NCBI GenBank assembly: GCA_003230435.1 | Contig: QIDW01000225.1 | Location: 1 to 38,470, forward strand | Direction: 5' to 3' | From: Acidimicrobiia bacterium | GTDB lineage: Bacteria; Actinomycetota; Acidimicrobiia; Spongiisociales; ZC4RG35 | DNA: 38,470 bases | In this document: positions 8,199 to 21,036 of the stretch, piece after piece | Layout: each line of letters starts with the position of its first letter | Position numbering within the stretch: the stretch's first letter is position 1 | Program-made: the position numbers and the translations under genes | The notes under the pieces: generated by a model | Seen by the model: only the letters and a program-made list of their open reading frames with translations | Told to the model about the DNA's origin: nothing | Database searches by the model: none

Positions 8199-8483
8199 AT
8201 GGGGGCGATCGCCGCGGTAGTCGGGATGCTGATCGTCTTCACCGGGACCGACGATCTCAACTCGCCGACTGCGGGTGTGCTGATCCGCGTGGGCGCGATC
8301 CTCCTCGCTGTTTCACTCGTCCTGCCGGCGGTGAAGAAACCGTCAGCCACAATGACGGTTGTCGTCGGCTTCGGTCTTCTGGTCATCCTCGTGCGACCCG
8401 GATTGATTTGGGCCGGCCTGATCGCGTGGGTCTTGTGGCTGGCTCTCGGTCGTCAGCGGAGCACGGACGACAATGCCTCGTAG
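8199..8483 (+). CDS. Small integral membrane protein (hypothetical, about 3 TM helices)
   Basis: MGAIAAVVGMLIVF...ILLAVSLVLPAV...VVVGFGLLVILV...LIAWVLWLAL. The start is uncertain (ATG 8199 or GTG 8151). The 3' end overlaps dapE by 31 nt (convergent). Confidence 0.4.
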   Translation: MGAIAAVVGMLIVFTGTDDLNSPTAGVLIRVGAILLAVSLVLPAVKKPSATMTVVVGFGLLVILVRPGLIWAGLIAWVLWLALGRQRSTDDNAS

Positions 8484-9484
8484 GCCCAGTCGAGGTCACT
8501 GAGCCGAACCGACTCCCCCGGCTTGTGTGCCAGGGCTGTCTCCCCCGGTCCAAAGTTGACCGCGGGGACCCCACGTTGTGCCAGTTGAGCCACGTCCGTC
8601 CAGCCCTGCTTGTGCGAGATCGATGCGTTTGCAGCTTTGGCGAGGTCAGCAAAGAACGGATGGCTGATGTCAGGATAGGCAGCAGGCGCCGAGTCGAACA
8701 CCTCGAACCCGTCCGCGGAGTCGCAGAGATCCCGAAGCCGGGTTATAGCCTCTTCGAGAGACCGGTCTGGCGAAAATCGGTAGTTGACATTCATCTCGAA
8801 TCGCGAAGGAATGATGTTGTTTGCTACCCCACCTGAAGCCCTGGTCACCGAGATCACCTCCTTGAACTCGAGACCCTCGATCGGGTGGATTTCGGGCCGA
8901 AGCCCGTCCATCATTGTCAGAAATGTCCCAGCCCTGGTGACAGCATTGGTGCCAAGCCAGGGGCGGGCCGAGTGTGCAGCTTCTCCTTCGAACCAGACGG
9001 CGGCGTTGACCGACCCCTGACAACCGGCGTGTAACTCCAGGTTGGTTGGCTCCATCACAATTCCAACTTCGGCGTTCTCCAGTGCAGGAAACGCGTCGAG
9101 CACAGCACCAAGCTGGTTGCCTTTGATCGGTCCCTCCTCACCGGCATAGAACACCCCTACCACGTTGGCCGTGCCGAGATCCTCGAGAAGGTGGATCATT
9201 ACAGCCAGCCCTGACTTCATATCTGTCGCACCGAGTCCGTAGAGCCGGTCGGCTTCGATCCGTGCTCCGACATGGCCCTGAAGAGGCACCGTGTCGGTGT
9301 GTCCCGCGAGAACGACCTTTCCCGTCGCGGGCTCACCCACGACCAGCGAGTCTTCGACTCTGGTCTGTGGCTGACCGCCGAAACGCTGGGCAATGGCGTT
9401 TCGGATGGTGGCCTCGATGCCGGTCTCCGACGGTATGTCAACCAGCCAGGCCAGAGTCTCGGTGAGGTTTGACATCGAAGGCAA
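8453..9484 (-). CDS. dapE: Succinyl-diaminopimelate desuccinylase (M20 peptidase)
   Basis: 343-aa ORF with LAGHTDTVP and YAGEEG metal-ligand segments. It is divergent from dapD, as in many Actinomycetota. Confidence 0.85.
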   Translation of the reverse strand: MPSMSNLTETLAWLVDIPSETGIEATIRNAIAQRFGGQPQTRVEDSLVVGEPATGKVVLAGHTDTVPLQGHVGARIEADRLYGLGATDMKSGLAVMIHLLEDLGTANVVGVFYAGEEGPIKGNQLGAVLDAFPALENAEVGIVMEPTNLELHAGCQGSVNAAVWFEGEAAHSARPWLGTNAVTRAGTFLTMMDGLRPEIHPIEGLEFKEVISVTRASGGVANNIIPSRFEMNVNYRFSPDRSLEEAITRLRDLCDSADGFEVFDSAPAAYPDISHPFFADLAKAANASISHKQGWTDVAQLAQRGVPAVNFGPGETALAHKPGESVRLSDLDWAYEALSSVLR

Positions 9485-9530
9485 CGTAACAGCTGAGCAC
9501 TACCCTCTCGCTCACGTTGGAAAGCACTTA

Positions 9531-10436
9531 GTGACAGACGCAGCCAGAGCCGTTGGAATCGCCACATACTCGGGTGAGAAGATCCTGGATGTCTGGTTTC
9601 CCGACCCCCTGTCGACAAACCACGCTGCGGTGGCGGGCCTCGAGGGATCAGATGCTGAGCGACGGATCGAGCGTCGCGTCGTGGAAACAGTTGTGGACGA
9701 CCTCTCCACCTCACCGATAGGGCCGGCGGACGCATACCTGCGTCTTCATCTTCTTTCACACCGTGTTTTCAAGCCACACGAGATCAATGTCGATGGGATC
9801 TTTGCTGCGCTCAACAACGTCGTTTGGACCAGTGAAGGGCCATGTGACGTCGACGGGTTCACCGCGACACGGGCAAGGCTGATCGCCAGCGGAAGGAGGC
9901 CCGCAGTGACCTCGGTGGACAAGTTTCCGCGGATGACCGACTACGTCATCCCGTCAGGCGTCCGAGTGGCCGACGCCGACCGGGTCCGTCTCGGCGCCTA
10001 CCTAGGTGAAGGTACGACCATCATGCACGAGGGTTTCGTCAACTTCAACGCCGGAACTCTTGGAACATCAATGGTGGAGGGCCGTATCAGCTCAGGCGTC
10101 GTCGTGGGGCATGGCACCGACGTGGGAGGCAGCGCGTCGATCATGGGCACGCTCTCCGGGGGCGGGAGCGAAGTCATCTCCATCGGCGAGAACTGCTTGC
10201 TCGGGGCGAATTCGGGGATCGGCATCTCGCTTGGAAACGACTGTGTGGTCGAGGCCGGTCTCTATGTCACGGCTGGAACTGTCATAACGCTTCCGGGCGG
10301 CGAGACAGCCAAGGGCCGTGAGTTGTCGGGCATCGACAACATGGGATTCCGAAGGAACTCGGTGACGGGAACTGTTGAGGCCATTCCTCGGTCGGGTTCC
10401 TGGGGCGGTCTCAACGACGCACTCCACCGGAACTAG
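9531..10436 (+). CDS. dapD: Tetrahydrodipicolinate N-succinyltransferase (actinobacterial type)
   Basis: AYLRLHLLSHR...DKFPRMTDYVIPSGVRVADADRVRLGAYLGEGTTIMHEGFVNFNAGTLGTSMVEGRISSGVVVG matches my recollection of mycobacterial DapD closely. GTG 9531 gives the expected N-terminus (VTDAARAVGIATYSGEKILDVWFP) and avoids overlap with dapE. The track start (9393) is probably too long. Confidence 0.85.
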   Translation: MTDAARAVGIATYSGEKILDVWFPDPLSTNHAAVAGLEGSDAERRIERRVVETVVDDLSTSPIGPADAYLRLHLLSHRVFKPHEINVDGIFAALNNVVWTSEGPCDVDGFTATRARLIASGRRPAVTSVDKFPRMTDYVIPSGVRVADADRVRLGAYLGEGTTIMHEGFVNFNAGTLGTSMVEGRISSGVVVGHGTDVGGSASIMGTLSGGGSEVISIGENCLLGANSGIGISLGNDCVVEAGLYVTAGTVITLPGGETAKGRELSGIDNMGFRRNSVTGTVEAIPRSGSWGGLNDALHRN

Positions 10437-10486
10437 GGGACCTCCTCTAACTGGACAAGGCCGGGCCACCGCTACGGTGCCCAGGA

Positions 10487-10876
10487 ATGCCCTATCGTCT
10501 GATCTACATCGGTCTTGGTCTGATCGGAATCGCTGCAATCGCACTCGGAATCGCCTTCTCGACGGAAGGTGCTGCGATCGATCTCCCCGAACCGCTGGAA
10601 TCTGTGTCACCCGAACCCGGTGACCTGGTGCCACCCCAGACCACCCTCGAGATCGACCTCGAATTCGGCTACGACGCTGAGATCTACGTTGATGGCTGGC
10701 CGATCCCCGATGCGACTTTCGTTGTTGGCACCGGTGTCTACCGATGGGCTCCGAGTGCATCCAGCGCGACGATCCAAGAGTGGACACCGGGTGAACACAC
10801 CGTGCGGATCGTGTGGGACACCTATTCCGGGTTGCCCGATCCTGGCTCGTTCGAGTGGTCCTTCCGGATCGGCTAG
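10487..10876 (+). CDS. Membrane-anchored hypothetical protein (one N-terminal TM helix plus a ~95-aa beta-rich ectodomain)
   Basis: 129-aa ORF: LIYIGLGLIGIAAIALGIAF, then a domain ending TPGEHTVRIVWDTYSGLPDPGSFEWSFRIG, which looks like a CopC/Ig-like sandwich by pattern only. Confidence 0.5.
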   Translation: MPYRLIYIGLGLIGIAAIALGIAFSTEGAAIDLPEPLESVSPEPGDLVPPQTTLEIDLEFGYDAEIYVDGWPIPDATFVVGTGVYRWAPSASSATIQEWTPGEHTVRIVWDTYSGLPDPGSFEWSFRIG

Positions 10877-10886
10877 CAGCGACTCC

Positions 10887-12941
<2,055 letters not shown>

Positions 12942-13980
12942 TCACAGGTTCGTGCTGGTGATCAGCGCCCCGCCAAGCACCCTCTCACCGTTATAAAAGG
13001 CAACAGTCTGACCGGGGGCTATCGCCTCCTGAGGCTCCTCGAACATCAAGGATGTGCCCACGAGTGAGGCCACGACAGGATCACCATGAGCACGATATTG
13101 CACCATCACGTCACCGGTCCCGCCGACACCGTCGGTCCAGGTGACTTGGGAGAGCTCCACACCGGAGATGAGAAGATCATCACGGTTCCCCAGAACCACT
13201 GTCGAAGACTCCGGATCGATCCGAACCACGAACCGCGGCGACGCCGAGGCCACGTCGTTGTCCGACAGTGAAACCAACGATTCCGCTGTGTCGGCCCATC
13301 TCGTTGCCGGCGGTGTCGACGAGCGGCCCAGAAGTGAATACCTCGGGCGCTATCTCCTCGAGAAACACCCTGTAATCACCGTCTCCAACAAAACAGATGT
13401 CCATGGACTCCGGCTTGTAGGCGCTGCGCATTCCCATGCCCGCCGCGATTCGGCGGACATTCCTCTTGGTGAGCTCACCGACAGGAAAACGAGTCCGGGA
13501 GAGCTCAATCTGGGTCAGCATCGATAGGACATAAGACTGATCTTTCGCTTGGTCGGTGCCGCGCAAAAGATGCCAAACACCGTCCGTCTCCCTGGTTCGA
13601 GCGTGGTGTCCCGTCACCAGAACGTCGCAATCGAAGTCGTCGAGCCGATTGAGAAGTCGGTCGAATTTCACTGTTCGGTTGCACTCGATACAAGGGTTCG
13701 GTGTTAGACCCGACGCGTAGTCATGGACAAAACGGTCGACGACTCCATCCCTGAAATCATCGACGTGATCGAGCACGTAATACGGAATCTTCAGTTCGGC
13801 CGCGACACGACGAGCATCTTCCGCGTCCGAGACCGTGCAGCACCCGGCGGTGGGGGCTTCCCCACCGGGACCGGACCAGAGTTTCAGTGTCACCCCGATC
13901 ACGTCGTGGCCTTCGTCCTTCATGAGGGCTGCAGCCACCGACGAGTCCACTCCACCAGACATGGCCACCAGAACCTTCAT
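12942..13980 (-). pseudogene. mnmA: tRNA 2-thiouridylase MnmA, interrupted by one frameshift
   Basis: The N-terminal fragment is ORF 13180..13980 (PP-loop AMSGGVDSS...GIVGFTVGQRRGLGV). The C-terminal fragment is ORF 12942..13277 (SPRFVVRIDPESSTVVLGNRDDLL...). The frames change at about 13235-13245. Confidence 0.85.
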
Positions 13981-15110
13981 CGAAGCTTCCCCACTAGCTC
14001 CACGACGATGTGGGCCGCCTCGGTGGCCTCATCCATCGTCGACGTCCATCCAAATGAGAAACGAACACTTTCTCGTGCCTGGTCGGGGGTCAAACCCATT
14101 GCCTCGAGGACGTGTGACACGGTCGCCGCTCCCGACTGGCATGCCGACCCGGCGGAGGCTGCCACACCGCGCTGATCGAGCCTCATGAGCAGAGTCTCAT
14201 TCCTGACGCCGGGGATCCTTATGTTGAGATGATGCGAAGATCGCCCGACATGGGGCGTGTTGAGGCTTGCGCCGTCGATTCCGTCGAGGATCCTCTTCTC
14301 GAAGTCGTCCCGGATCTGGCCGATCTGTAACCGGAACCTTTCGCGACCCGCCACGGTCAATTCCATCGCCCGGGCCATACCCACCACACCAGCGACATCG
14401 TGGGTGCCGGATCTGCGCCCGAGTTCCTGACCTCCACCGTGGAGAACGGGCTCGAGCACGGTTCCCTCACGAACGTAGAGAAGGCCGGTGCCCTTGGGCC
14501 CCCCAAACTTGTGGGCTGTGATCGTCATCATGTCGACGTTGAGTGCACTGACGTCGATCTCCTCGGATGCGAACCCCTGAACCGCATCGGTGTGGACGTA
14601 TACATCGGGATCCGATTGTTTGATGGCCTCCGCGATGGCCCCAACATCTTGGATCAACCCGGTCTCGTTGTTGACCAGCATCACCGAGACCACGGCTGTG
14701 TTGGGGGCAACAGCACCAACTATTGCGTCGGAGTCAACGAATCCCTCGCCGTCAACTTCCACGATGACCGTCGGGTCACCGAACCGACGGAGAAGGTCGA
14801 CAGTCTCGAGAATCGCCTCGTGCTCCGTGGCCGCAGCGATCACGCCTGAACGGTCCCTAGGGCTCCAGGCCGCCCCCTTGAGAGCGAGGTTGTCCGACTC
14901 GGTGCCACCCGATGTGAAGACAATCTCCATCGGTCTCGCACCCAGCATCTCCGCGATGTGCTCCCGAGCCTCTTCGAGGGCGTTCTTGGCCTGACGCGAG
15001 ACCTCATGCACACCCGAAGAGTTGCCGAAGACGTTGGACGCATATGGCGTCATGGACTCCCAGACTTCGGGACGCATCGGCGTCGTGGCTGCGTGATCGA
15101 GATAGATCAT
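13977..15110 (-). CDS. iscS: Cysteine desulfurase (class V aminotransferase)
   Basis: 377-aa ORF with a PLP-lysine segment TITAHKFGGPKG and catalytic-Cys segment SAGSACQSG. It has a 4-nt overlap with mnmA, the same pairing as iscS-trmU in mycobacteria. Confidence 0.9.
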   Translation of the reverse strand: MIYLDHAATTPMRPEVWESMTPYASNVFGNSSGVHEVSRQAKNALEEAREHIAEMLGARPMEIVFTSGGTESDNLALKGAAWSPRDRSGVIAAATEHEAILETVDLLRRFGDPTVIVEVDGEGFVDSDAIVGAVAPNTAVVSVMLVNNETGLIQDVGAIAEAIKQSDPDVYVHTDAVQGFASEEIDVSALNVDMMTITAHKFGGPKGTGLLYVREGTVLEPVLHGGGQELGRRSGTHDVAGVVGMARAMELTVAGRERFRLQIGQIRDDFEKRILDGIDGASLNTPHVGRSSHHLNIRIPGVRNETLLMRLDQRGVAASAGSACQSGAATVSHVLEAMGLTPDQARESVRFSFGWTSTMDEATEAAHIVVELVGKLR

Positions 15111-15185
15111 TTGAGCCTTTCATTGTCGCACGATGCGCCGTCAGAGCGAGTCCGGAATCTGCTCGAACAAGGGATGACCGCCGGC

Positions 15186-15971
15186 TCAGCTACCTTTGAA
15201 GTGAGCCTCGCGCTTTTCGATGAAGGCGTTGACACCTTCGACAGCATCATCGGTTGCGAACGAAATTTCGAAGGCCGTCTGCTCGACCGCCAATGCCTCT
15301 TCAAGGGGCAAGCTGCGGCCATCGGCCAACGCTCGTTTGGCGGCGGCCAACGCAACGGTCGGCCCGGTTGCCCAATCAGCGGCATCAGAAAGGGCCAGGT
15401 CAAGCAACTCGTCCGATAGCGCCACCTTGTCCGCGTAGCCGATGGCCAATCCCTCCTCGGCCCCCACCTGACGACCCGTGAAGATGAGTTCCTTGGCCTT
15501 CTGAAACCCGATGACGCGTTGCAATCGTTGGGTCCCACCTGCACCGGGGATGATGCCGAGCAGGATCTCGGGTTGACCGATCTTGGCGTCGTCGGCCATG
15601 TACCTGAAGTCGCATCCCAGCGACAACTCACAACCTCCGCCTAACGCGAATCCGTGGACGGCTGCGATCGTCGGTTTTGCCAGGGTCTCGAGAATCCGAA
15701 TGGCTTCCAGGAGCGTCGACGCCGTCCTCTCCTCGCCACCCGACTCGAGAGTCTTCATGAAACCCTTGATGTCGGCGCCGGCGGCAAAATGGGGTTGACC
15801 CGTGACAACCACCGCGCGAATTGAAGCGTCTTCACACTGTTGAAAGGCCCTCTTAAGTTCCTGACCCATTTCGTCTGAGAGGGCGTTGACGGGTGGACGA
15901 TCGAGCCGGACGAGGGCGACCGCGCCATCCACGGTTACGTCTACATATTCCATGGCCGCGACCTTAGACAT
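15186..15971 (-). CDS. Enoyl-CoA hydratase/isomerase family protein (crotonase fold)
   Basis: 261-aa ORF: LDRPPVNAL...FAAGADIKGF...HGFALGGGCELSLGCDFR. Confidence 0.85.
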   Translation of the reverse strand: MSKVAAMEYVDVTVDGAVALVRLDRPPVNALSDEMGQELKRAFQQCEDASIRAVVVTGQPHFAAGADIKGFMKTLESGGEERTASTLLEAIRILETLAKPTIAAVHGFALGGGCELSLGCDFRYMADDAKIGQPEILLGIIPGAGGTQRLQRVIGFQKAKELIFTGRQVGAEEGLAIGYADKVALSDELLDLALSDAADWATGPTVALAAAKRALADGRSLPLEEALAVEQTAFEISFATDDAVEGVNAFIEKREAHFKGS

Positions 15972-16015
15972 GAGGTGCCAGCAGGTGCGACCGGCTGCGG
16001 CTACGGTTCGACGCC

Positions 16016-17607
16016 GTGAAATGGCGTGCCCTCATCGTGCTCAGCGCGGCCCAATTCCTGATGGTTCTCGATCAGGCCGTGATGAACGTTTCGATCAGTC
16101 AACTGGTCGAGGACTTCGAGACCACGGTGACTGTTATCCAAGGCGTGATCACCTTCTACGCGCTGACAATGGCAGCCCTGATGATCACGGGTGGCAAGCT
16201 CGGTGATCGTTGGGGCCGCAGACGGGCCTTCTCGATTGGTCTTCTGATCTATGCCGCGGGCTCGGCGTTGACAGCGGCATCGTGGAATATCCCGTCGCTC
16301 CTGGTGGGCTGGTCGATTTTCGAAGGGATAGGTGCCGCTCTGGTATTACCGGCCCTGGTGGCGCTCATTGCAGGCAGCTACACGGGCACCGACAGAGCGA
16401 TTGCCTACGGTGTGATCGGAGGGGTCGCCGGAGCCGGCATCGCAGTGGGGCCCATCCTGGGCGGTTGGGTAACTACCAACTTCACCTGGCGATATGTCTT
16501 TGTGGGCGAGGTCATCCTGGCTGTGCTCATCGTCGTCGCTGTTGGGTGGATTGCGGAGAGTGCCCGCCCCAAGCACGTTCCGAAGATCGATTGGGTCGGC
16601 TCCGGGCTTTCGGCTCTTGGACTCAGCCTTTTCGTATACGGAATCCTCCAGGCAAGTGAATGGGGCTGGATCGCCAACGCCAACTCACCCATCACACCCC
16701 TTGGGTTGTCCCTCACGCCATTCGTCGTCGCAGCGGGGCTGCTCGTTCTCGTTTCGTTCACCCGGTGGACCGAAAGACGGGTGCGTTTGGGTCTCGATCC
16801 GCTGATTCACATGAAGTTGTTCGAGATCAGACCACTCAAGTCCGGTCTCGAGATGTTTCTTGCGCAGAACCTCATCCTCATGGGCGTCTTCTTCTCGATA
16901 CCGCTTTACCTCCAAGTCGTGCAAGGACTCGATGCACTGGATACCGGGCTTCGGATGCTTCCGATTTCGGTGACGATGTTCATCATGTCCTTCGTCGGCG
17001 CTCGGATGAGCCAAAGCTCGACACCACGACGGATTGTGCGCATGGGATTGTGGATTCTGCTCATTTCTATCGTGATCCTGACCGGAACAATCGAGCCTGA
17101 GCTCGAGGGTGGGGCCTTCACCCTGGCCATGGCATTGCTTGGTGTTGGGATGGGACTTCTCGCATCACAACTCGGGAACGTGATCCAATCCGCTGTTGGC
17201 CCGACGGACCGGAGCGAAGCAGGCGGACTCCAGTACACCTCTCAGCAACTCGGATCTGCGATGGGGACGTGATCAGCGCTCTGGGTGCGGTATTTATCAA
17301 CCAAGTATCCAATGATCCAAGGATCTCCGACGAAGTGAGTAGCGAGATCAGTGTCGCCTTGCACGGCTCCATCCAATTCGTGAACAGCGACGTGCTGTCG
17401 GCTGCCCTCGCTGAAACCTCGCTGGAGCCCACCGAGGCTGACGCAATCGTTGATGCCTACCGGGAGGGTCAGCTGACCGCCCTACGTATGGGTCTGTTGG
17501 TTGTGGTCGCCATTGTGGTTGGCGCGCTGTTCCTTGCACGAAAGATCCCGGACATGTCATTTGAGGAGATGGCAGCGGAACACGACCACGAGCCGGCGCC
17601 TACCTAG
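16016..17607 (+). pseudogene. MFS transporter (DHA2/EmrB-QacA-like, 14-TM type), interrupted by one frameshift
   Basis: ORF 16016..17272 (418 aa) ends ...QQLGSAMGT-stop in the middle of predicted TM13. ORF 17269..17607 continues with (V)ISALGAVFI... and TM14 (LLVVVAIVVGALFLA). The frame changes at about 17262-17272. Confidence 0.8.
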
Positions 17608-17714
17608 AGGAAACGAAGAGCCGACCAACAGGGGTACACTGCAAACAACGGGGTTGATCCAGAGTGGAGAATATCCATCGCGCTGAGAGGAAGGGCTTAC
17701 CCCGCGTTTTCGTG

Positions 17715-17776
17715 GGGCCCGGGTTCGGTTCCTCTCCCCTCCCCCACCCACCGGCCCGGGTCCCGCGACCTTTTTC
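17715..17776 (+). other. Long imperfect hairpin with a 20-nt C-rich loop, followed by T5
   Basis: GGGGCCCGGG (17715-24) pairs with CCCGGGTCCC (17756-65) with one G-U. An inner stem is CGGT/ACCG. The loop is TCCTCTCCCCTCCCCCACCC. TTTTT sits at 17772-76. Located in the convergent gap between the MFS gene and the tRNA. Confidence 0.3.
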
Positions 17777-17779
17777 GGA

Positions 17780-17806
17780 AAACCCGCAGCAACTCTGCGG
17801 GTTTTC
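17780..17806. terminator. Bidirectional intrinsic terminator hairpin
   Basis: AAAACCCGCAG-CAACT-CTGCGGGTTTT gives an A/T-flanked GC stem on both strands. It lies 4 nt beyond the tRNA-Leu 3' end. Confidence 0.6.
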
Positions 17807-17810
17807 TCGT

Positions 17811-17897
17811 GCCCGGGGTGGGTTTCGAACCCACACGAGCCGTGTTCGGCTCAAGGGGGTTTAAGCCCCTCGCGTCTACCGTTCCGCCACCCGGGCG
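17811..17897 (-). tRNA. tRNA-Leu (anticodon UAA), type II with a long variable arm; CCA is not encoded
   Basis: Folded by hand: acceptor GCCCGGG/CCCGGGC; anticodon stem AGGGG/CCCCT with loop CTTAAAC; variable arm GAGCCG-AACA-CGGCTC; T arm GTGGG-TTCGAAA-CCCAC; discriminator A. Confidence 0.9.
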
Positions 17898-17915
17898 ATG
17901 TAGGTCAGGTTTGTA

Positions 17916-18775
17916 TCAGGGTAAAGCCAGTAGGTAGCCGGCCGCACCGTCGAGTGTGTCACGTTCGGAAATCACGACCTCTGGCATATCCAGCGCATCC
18001 ATCACGCTGCCGGCGAGAACGGTGCCCGCCAGGATCACCGGCGCCCGCTTCGGATCGAGGCTGGGTATGGCGGCTGTCTCGTCCGTCGACATCGGGGTAA
18101 GCATTGAAGTCACCTGGCTCAATCGGTTGCGGCTGAGGGCCTGTCATATTCAGGTAGCTCCTGGGCGATCGCCGCGATACTCGTCCACGTGCCGGCCACG
18201 CCGACGAGGGTGCCTACGGCTCCTACCTCCACCTCTCTGAACATTTCGTCGACCAGACTCCTGGCCCTATCGATCTCGCCAGGCGACGCTGGTCGTTTGG
18301 GCAGGATCCTTTCCGTGAGCCGTACGGATCCGATATCAAAAGAAACCTCGTCGGCGGCCGACACGAATTCAGAGCTCCCGCCGCCAATGTCCGAAACTAC
18401 CACCGGTGGTGCCAGTTCTTGATTCGCGGTGGCGCCCCGATAGGCAAACCTTGCTTCTTCGTGACCGCTGATAAGGGTGGGCCTCATGCCAAGAACCTTC
18501 TCGGCCTGATCGAAGAACGCCTCCCTGTTGCTGGCATCGCGAGAGGCCGATGTGGCCATCGCCATTCGTCTCTCGACTTCCATTTCCTCCATCAGGTCGC
18601 CGAAACGACGAAACACCGCCAGCGTTCGTCCGATTGCCTCTTCGGAGAGGCTGCCTGACGCATCAACACCTTGTCCAAGCCCGGTCACCTGAACCCACTT
18701 CCCGAACTCGGTGATCCCGTCAGTGACTAGGAGTCGCATCGAGTTGGTGCCGATGTCGACGACGCCCACCCTCAT
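17916..18775 (-). pseudogene. Ppx/GppA family phosphatase, interrupted by one frameshift
   Basis: The N-terminal fragment starts MRVGVVDIGTNSMRLLV (ATG 18775, ATGA overlap with the DUF501 stop) and ends ...ELPEYDRPSAATD-stop at 18119. The C-terminal fragment is ORF 17916..18122 (...KRAPVILAGTVLAGSVMDAL...). The frames change within 18122-18143. Confidence 0.8.
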
Positions 18776-19290
18776 GGGCGACTTGTCCAGTTCGGGTTCG
18801 TCTCTCCACCAACAACACACTCCTCGGAGCAGTCCAAAGGCTCAATCCACTCTTGGACCAGCCGGCCAACCGGGTTGTCGCCACCCCCCCGAGTGTGGGC
18901 GTAGTGGGCGTGCAGACACTTGATACCAACCGAGGACCCTCCCACCCCACCTGACGGAGTCGGGTGGGCACCAACAGCCAGCAAGACATCCCGCTCCGTC
19001 TCATACGAACGGTGGGCAGCCTCCAGATCCTCTCGAAACTGCGGATCGGTTTCGGACTTGGTCTCCATACGTCTCACACCGCCGGAACTCTCCAGACGGG
19101 CGATGCGAGCCGTAGCCAGAGGGCAAGTCAACCAGTAGAGCGTCGGAAACGGTGTCCCATCGTCAAGCAGGGGTGGGACGCGAACCACGACCGGCAGCCC
19201 GAGATGACATCGTGAGACGACTTCCGAATCGGCACGCTGCGGACGTCCTATCTGCGCTTCGATGACCGCTCGGTCATCTATGTCGGTCAT
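18772..19290 (-). CDS. DUF501 domain protein
   Basis: VVSRCHLGLPVVVRVPPLLDDGTPFPTLYWLTCP...GIKCLHAHYAH is typical DUF501. Its position between an FtsB-like gene and ppx matches mycobacterial synteny. ATG 19290 is preferred over the TTG at 19311. Confidence 0.8.
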   Translation of the reverse strand: MTDIDDRAVIEAQIGRPQRADSEVVSRCHLGLPVVVRVPPLLDDGTPFPTLYWLTCPLATARIARLESSGGVRRMETKSETDPQFREDLEAAHRSYETERDVLLAVGAHPTPSGGVGGSSVGIKCLHAHYAHTRGGGDNPVGRLVQEWIEPLDCSEECVVGGETNPNWTSRP

Positions 19291-19311
19291 GTCTAGCTGT
19301 GTGTCGCACAA

Positions 19312-21008
<1,697 letters not shown>

Positions 21009-21036
21009 CTACCACCGCTCCGGTTCTGTACCTCGC

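Noticed and set aside
9393-9530. Upstream ATG start for dapD
   Set aside because: It would overlap the dapE 5' end by 92 nt and add a non-conserved N-terminus. GTG 9531 reproduces the expected DapD N-terminal spacing to the WFP motif.
17270-17272. Stop-codon reassignment (TGA read-through) as the explanation for split genes
   Set aside because: Reading through the stops in frame gives nonsense. In every case the homologous continuation is in a shifted frame, so these are indels, not recoding.
17715-17765. 6C RNA
   Set aside because: The 6C family has two C-rich loops. Only one is present here, and a terminator role explains it.
17608-17897. tRNA-Leu as an integration site for a mobile element
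   Set aside because: There is no integrase or recombinase nearby, and I could not find a convincing duplicate of the tRNA 3' end. The GCCCGGG-like strings at 17719-17760 match only short GC-rich runs.
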